Below are positions 30,107 to 32,000 of a stretch of 32,000 bases of DNA, piece by piece. The number at the start of each line of letters is the position of its first letter. Within the stretch, counting starts at the first letter, position 1. A program made the position numbers and the translations under genes. The notes beneath the pieces were generated by a model. That model ran no database searches. It saw only the letters and a program-made list of their open reading frames with translations, and was not told where the DNA came from. This stretch comes from Propionibacterium ruminifibrarum (GTDB taxonomy: Bacteria > Actinomycetota > Actinomycetes > Propionibacteriales > Propionibacteriaceae), in assembly GCF_900289195.1 (NCBI RefSeq), contig NZ_OMOH01000002.1, forward strand, positions 241,206 to 273,205. Reading direction: 5' to 3'.

Positions 30107-31173
30107 ACGGGGCCCCGGCCCGTTGTCCGATGCGCGCCCAGCAGCCGCGCCACGACCACCATGAGAGCGCCGCACACCACGTACGCCACGAGATTGGACG
30201 CCGTCGTGGACCACGTGGTCTCGGTGAGCTGGCGGGTCTGGGTGAGGGTCCCGGCGGCGATGGCGTAGCAGAAGCTGCTCACGTTGTTCGCCGCGTGGAC
30301 GGCGATCGAGGCCTCCAGGCCACCGGTCGCCACGACCATGACCGCTGCCACCAGGCCGAATCCGAGCCGGTCCGCGAACAGGGCCGCGTTCTGGGTGCCG
30401 TGCATGAGGGCGAAGACCAGGGCACTGGCCCCGACGGCGATCCAGGCGCGGCCGGTGAGCGCCCCGACCGCCTGCTGCACGTACCCGCGGAAGAGGAACT
30501 CCTCCCCGGCCGCCTGCAGGGGCGAGGTGAGCACGACGAGCAGCACCCACACCCAGGCGTGTGCGGGCGGGTCGTGGTCCCACGCCTGGCCGAGACGAGT
30601 GAGCAGGTAGACGCCGTTGAGGACGACGAGACCGACCGCGAGACCGCACCCGACCAGCGCCGGTCGCAACCGCCCCTGCACCGAGCAGACCCAGCCCGGG
30701 GCGCGTCCGTTGACCCAGCGGGCGACGGCCAGGACGACGAGGATCATCGAGGCCAGCGCCAGGTTGACGACGACCACGCCCTCGACGACGCCGTAGGAGG
30801 CGACGAGCGCGTAGGCCTCGGTGAACGAGCCGTCGCGACCGCGGGCCAGCCATGAGACGGCACTTCCGGCGTACATGAGCAGTGTCGTGACGACCAGGTA
30901 TCCGAACGCCACCGAGATCAGGCCCACCGCGGCCCGCGTACGGCAGGCGCCCGAGCCGTCGATCATCAGGGCGGTGTACCCGGCATCGGGGCCGGGAACA
31001 CCGGGCCGAGCGCCGATGAGCGGTTCGGGGACCGGGCGGGCCTGAGGCGCGGGGCTTCTGCGCGCCGGTCGGCCGTCCGCCGGCCCGTTCGTCCCCGCGC
31101 CTTGCCGCGCAGGACGTGGCCGGGCGCCGGACCGCCCGCCCCTGGGGGCCCTCCCCCTCTTGCCGCTGCTCAC
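30103..31173 (-). CDS. CPBP-family (CAAX-protease-like) intramembrane glutamic endopeptidase with a long Arg/Pro-rich N-terminal extension
   Basis: It has multiple TM helices and the motifs EEFLFRGYV (EExxxR), FALMHG (FxxxH) and AVHAANN (HxxxN). The GTG start overlaps the stop of the upstream gene (GTGA, 31170-31173). Third-position GC stays high through the extension. The internal ATG 30966 is the alternative start. Confidence 0.8.
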   Translation of the reverse strand: MSSGKRGRAPRGGRSGARPRPARQGAGTNGPADGRPARRSPAPQARPVPEPLIGARPGVPGPDAGYTALMIDGSGACRTRAAVGLISVAFGYLVVTTLLMYAGSAVSWLARGRDGSFTEAYALVASYGVVEGVVVVNLALASMILVVLAVARWVNGRAPGWVCSVQGRLRPALVGCGLAVGLVVLNGVYLLTRLGQAWDHDPPAHAWVWVLLVVLTSPLQAAGEEFLFRGYVQQAVGALTGRAWIAVGASALVFALMHGTQNAALFADRLGFGLVAAVMVVATGGLEASIAVHAANNVSSFCYAIAAGTLTQTRQLTETTWSTTASNLVAYVVCGALMVVVARLLGAHRTTGRGPV

Positions 31174-32000
31174 CGGGACGCGGGTCCGTCCGGGACGAAG
31201 CTGTGGTCGTCCGCCGCGTCGATGACCGGATTGGTCAGGGTGCCGATCGACTCGATCTCGACGCTGACCTGCTGGCCGGGTTCCATCGGCCCCACCCCGA
31301 CGGGGGTTCCGGTGAGGATGACGTCACCGGGCAGCAGGGTCGTGAACGCCGAGATGTACGAGATGAGCTCGGCGATGGAGTGCACCATGTCGGCGGTGTT
31401 GCCATCCTGACGCAGCTGACCGTCGACGCTCGTCCGGATGCCCAGGTGGGCTGCCGAGGCCAGATCGATGTGGGCGGCGATCCACGGTCCGAGCGGGCAG
31501 AAGGTGTCGAAGCCCTTGGCGCGCGTCCACTGGCTCTCGGCTCCCTGGATGTCACGGGCGGTGACGTCGTTGGCGCAGGTGAAGCCGAGGATGACCTCGC
31601 CGGCCCGTTCGGGTGGGACGTGACGGCAGATCCGCCCGATGACGACCGCGAGCTCGCCCTCGTAGTGCAGGTCGTGGGTCTGCACGGGTTTGACGATCGG
31701 TTCACCGGGGCCGATCACGCTCGTATTCGGCTTGAGGAAGAGCAGCGGCTCCTCGTCCACATGGTTGCCCAGCTCCGCCGCGTGCTCGGCATAGTTGCGG
31801 GCCACCGCCACGACCTTGCTGCGCGGTATCACCGGGGCGAGCAGGCGCACCTCGTCGAGCCGGTGGCGGGCGCCGGTGAAGTTGACGGGCCCGGCCAGTG
31901 GATCACCGGTGATCACGGCGATCGTGTCGGGATGTTGGCCGTCGTCGGCCGCCAGCTCGACGATTCCATAGGCCGGGTCCGCACCGGCCGCGGCGAAACG
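31170..32000 (-). CDS. Fumarylacetoacetate hydrolase (FAH) family protein; 5' end beyond the window
   Basis: ...LLFLKPNTSVIGPGEPIV...HYEGELAVVIG...GFTCANDVTARD...KGFDTFCPLGPW...LLPGDVILTGTPVGVG... The frame stays open upstream of the track start (31916) to position 32000 (RFAAAGADPAYGIVELAADDGQHPDTIAV...), so the true start is outside the window. Confidence 0.85.
   Translation of the reverse strand, partial: RFAAAGADPAYGIVELAADDGQHPDTIAVITGDPLAGPVNFTGARHRLDEVRLLAPVIPRSKVVAVARNYAEHAAELGNHVDEEPLLFLKPNTSVIGPGEPIVKPVQTHDLHYEGELAVVIGRICRHVPPERAGEVILGFTCANDVTARDIQGAESQWTRAKGFDTFCPLGPWIAAHIDLASAAHLGIRTSVDGQLRQDGNTADMVHSIAELISYISAFTTLLPGDVILTGTPVGVGPMEPGQQVSVEIESIGTLTNPVIDAADDHSFVPDGPASR

Overview
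Very GC-rich actinobacterial core-chromosome segment; third codon positions are almost all G/C. I count 28 protein-coding genes and 2 tRNAs, tightly packed and almost all on the minus strand. Order, left to right: nrdJ (5' part, runs off the window) and nrdR; a small SOS-controlled ChiZ/DivS-like membrane protein gene divergent from lexA; a DinG-family helicase; hflX-dapF; miaA-miaB; rny; recX-recA divergent from DUF3046-lhr; clgR; cinA-pgsA; ftsK; thiL; ddl; plsC; leuD-leuC divergent from an IclR-type regulator; a DUF2284 gene; tRNA-Glu(CTC); tRNA-Gln(CTG); a CPBP-family protease; an FAH-family hydrolase whose start lies beyond the window. The synteny matches the conserved recA/lexA neighbourhood of Mycobacterium, Corynebacterium and Streptomyces. 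I see no transposase, integrase, CRISPR array, toxin-antitoxin pair or defence-like gene, and I cannot support a novel multi-gene system here. The points worth a second look are regulatory or structural. (1) The lexA-divergent ChiZ/DivS-type gene stops exactly where its LysM domain should begin. (2) Four LexA (SOS) boxes are readable. (3) Three RecA-NDp/PafBC-type promoter motifs sit in front of damage genes (recA, lhr, the ChiZ-like gene), suggesting a two-regulator DNA-damage circuit. (4) A TAnnnT hexamer lies exactly 6-7 nt upstream of about ten start codons, suggesting leaderless mRNAs. (5) Phased repeats and an AT-rich palindrome lie upstream of nrdR. The many long ORFs antisense to real genes are GC-content artefacts.
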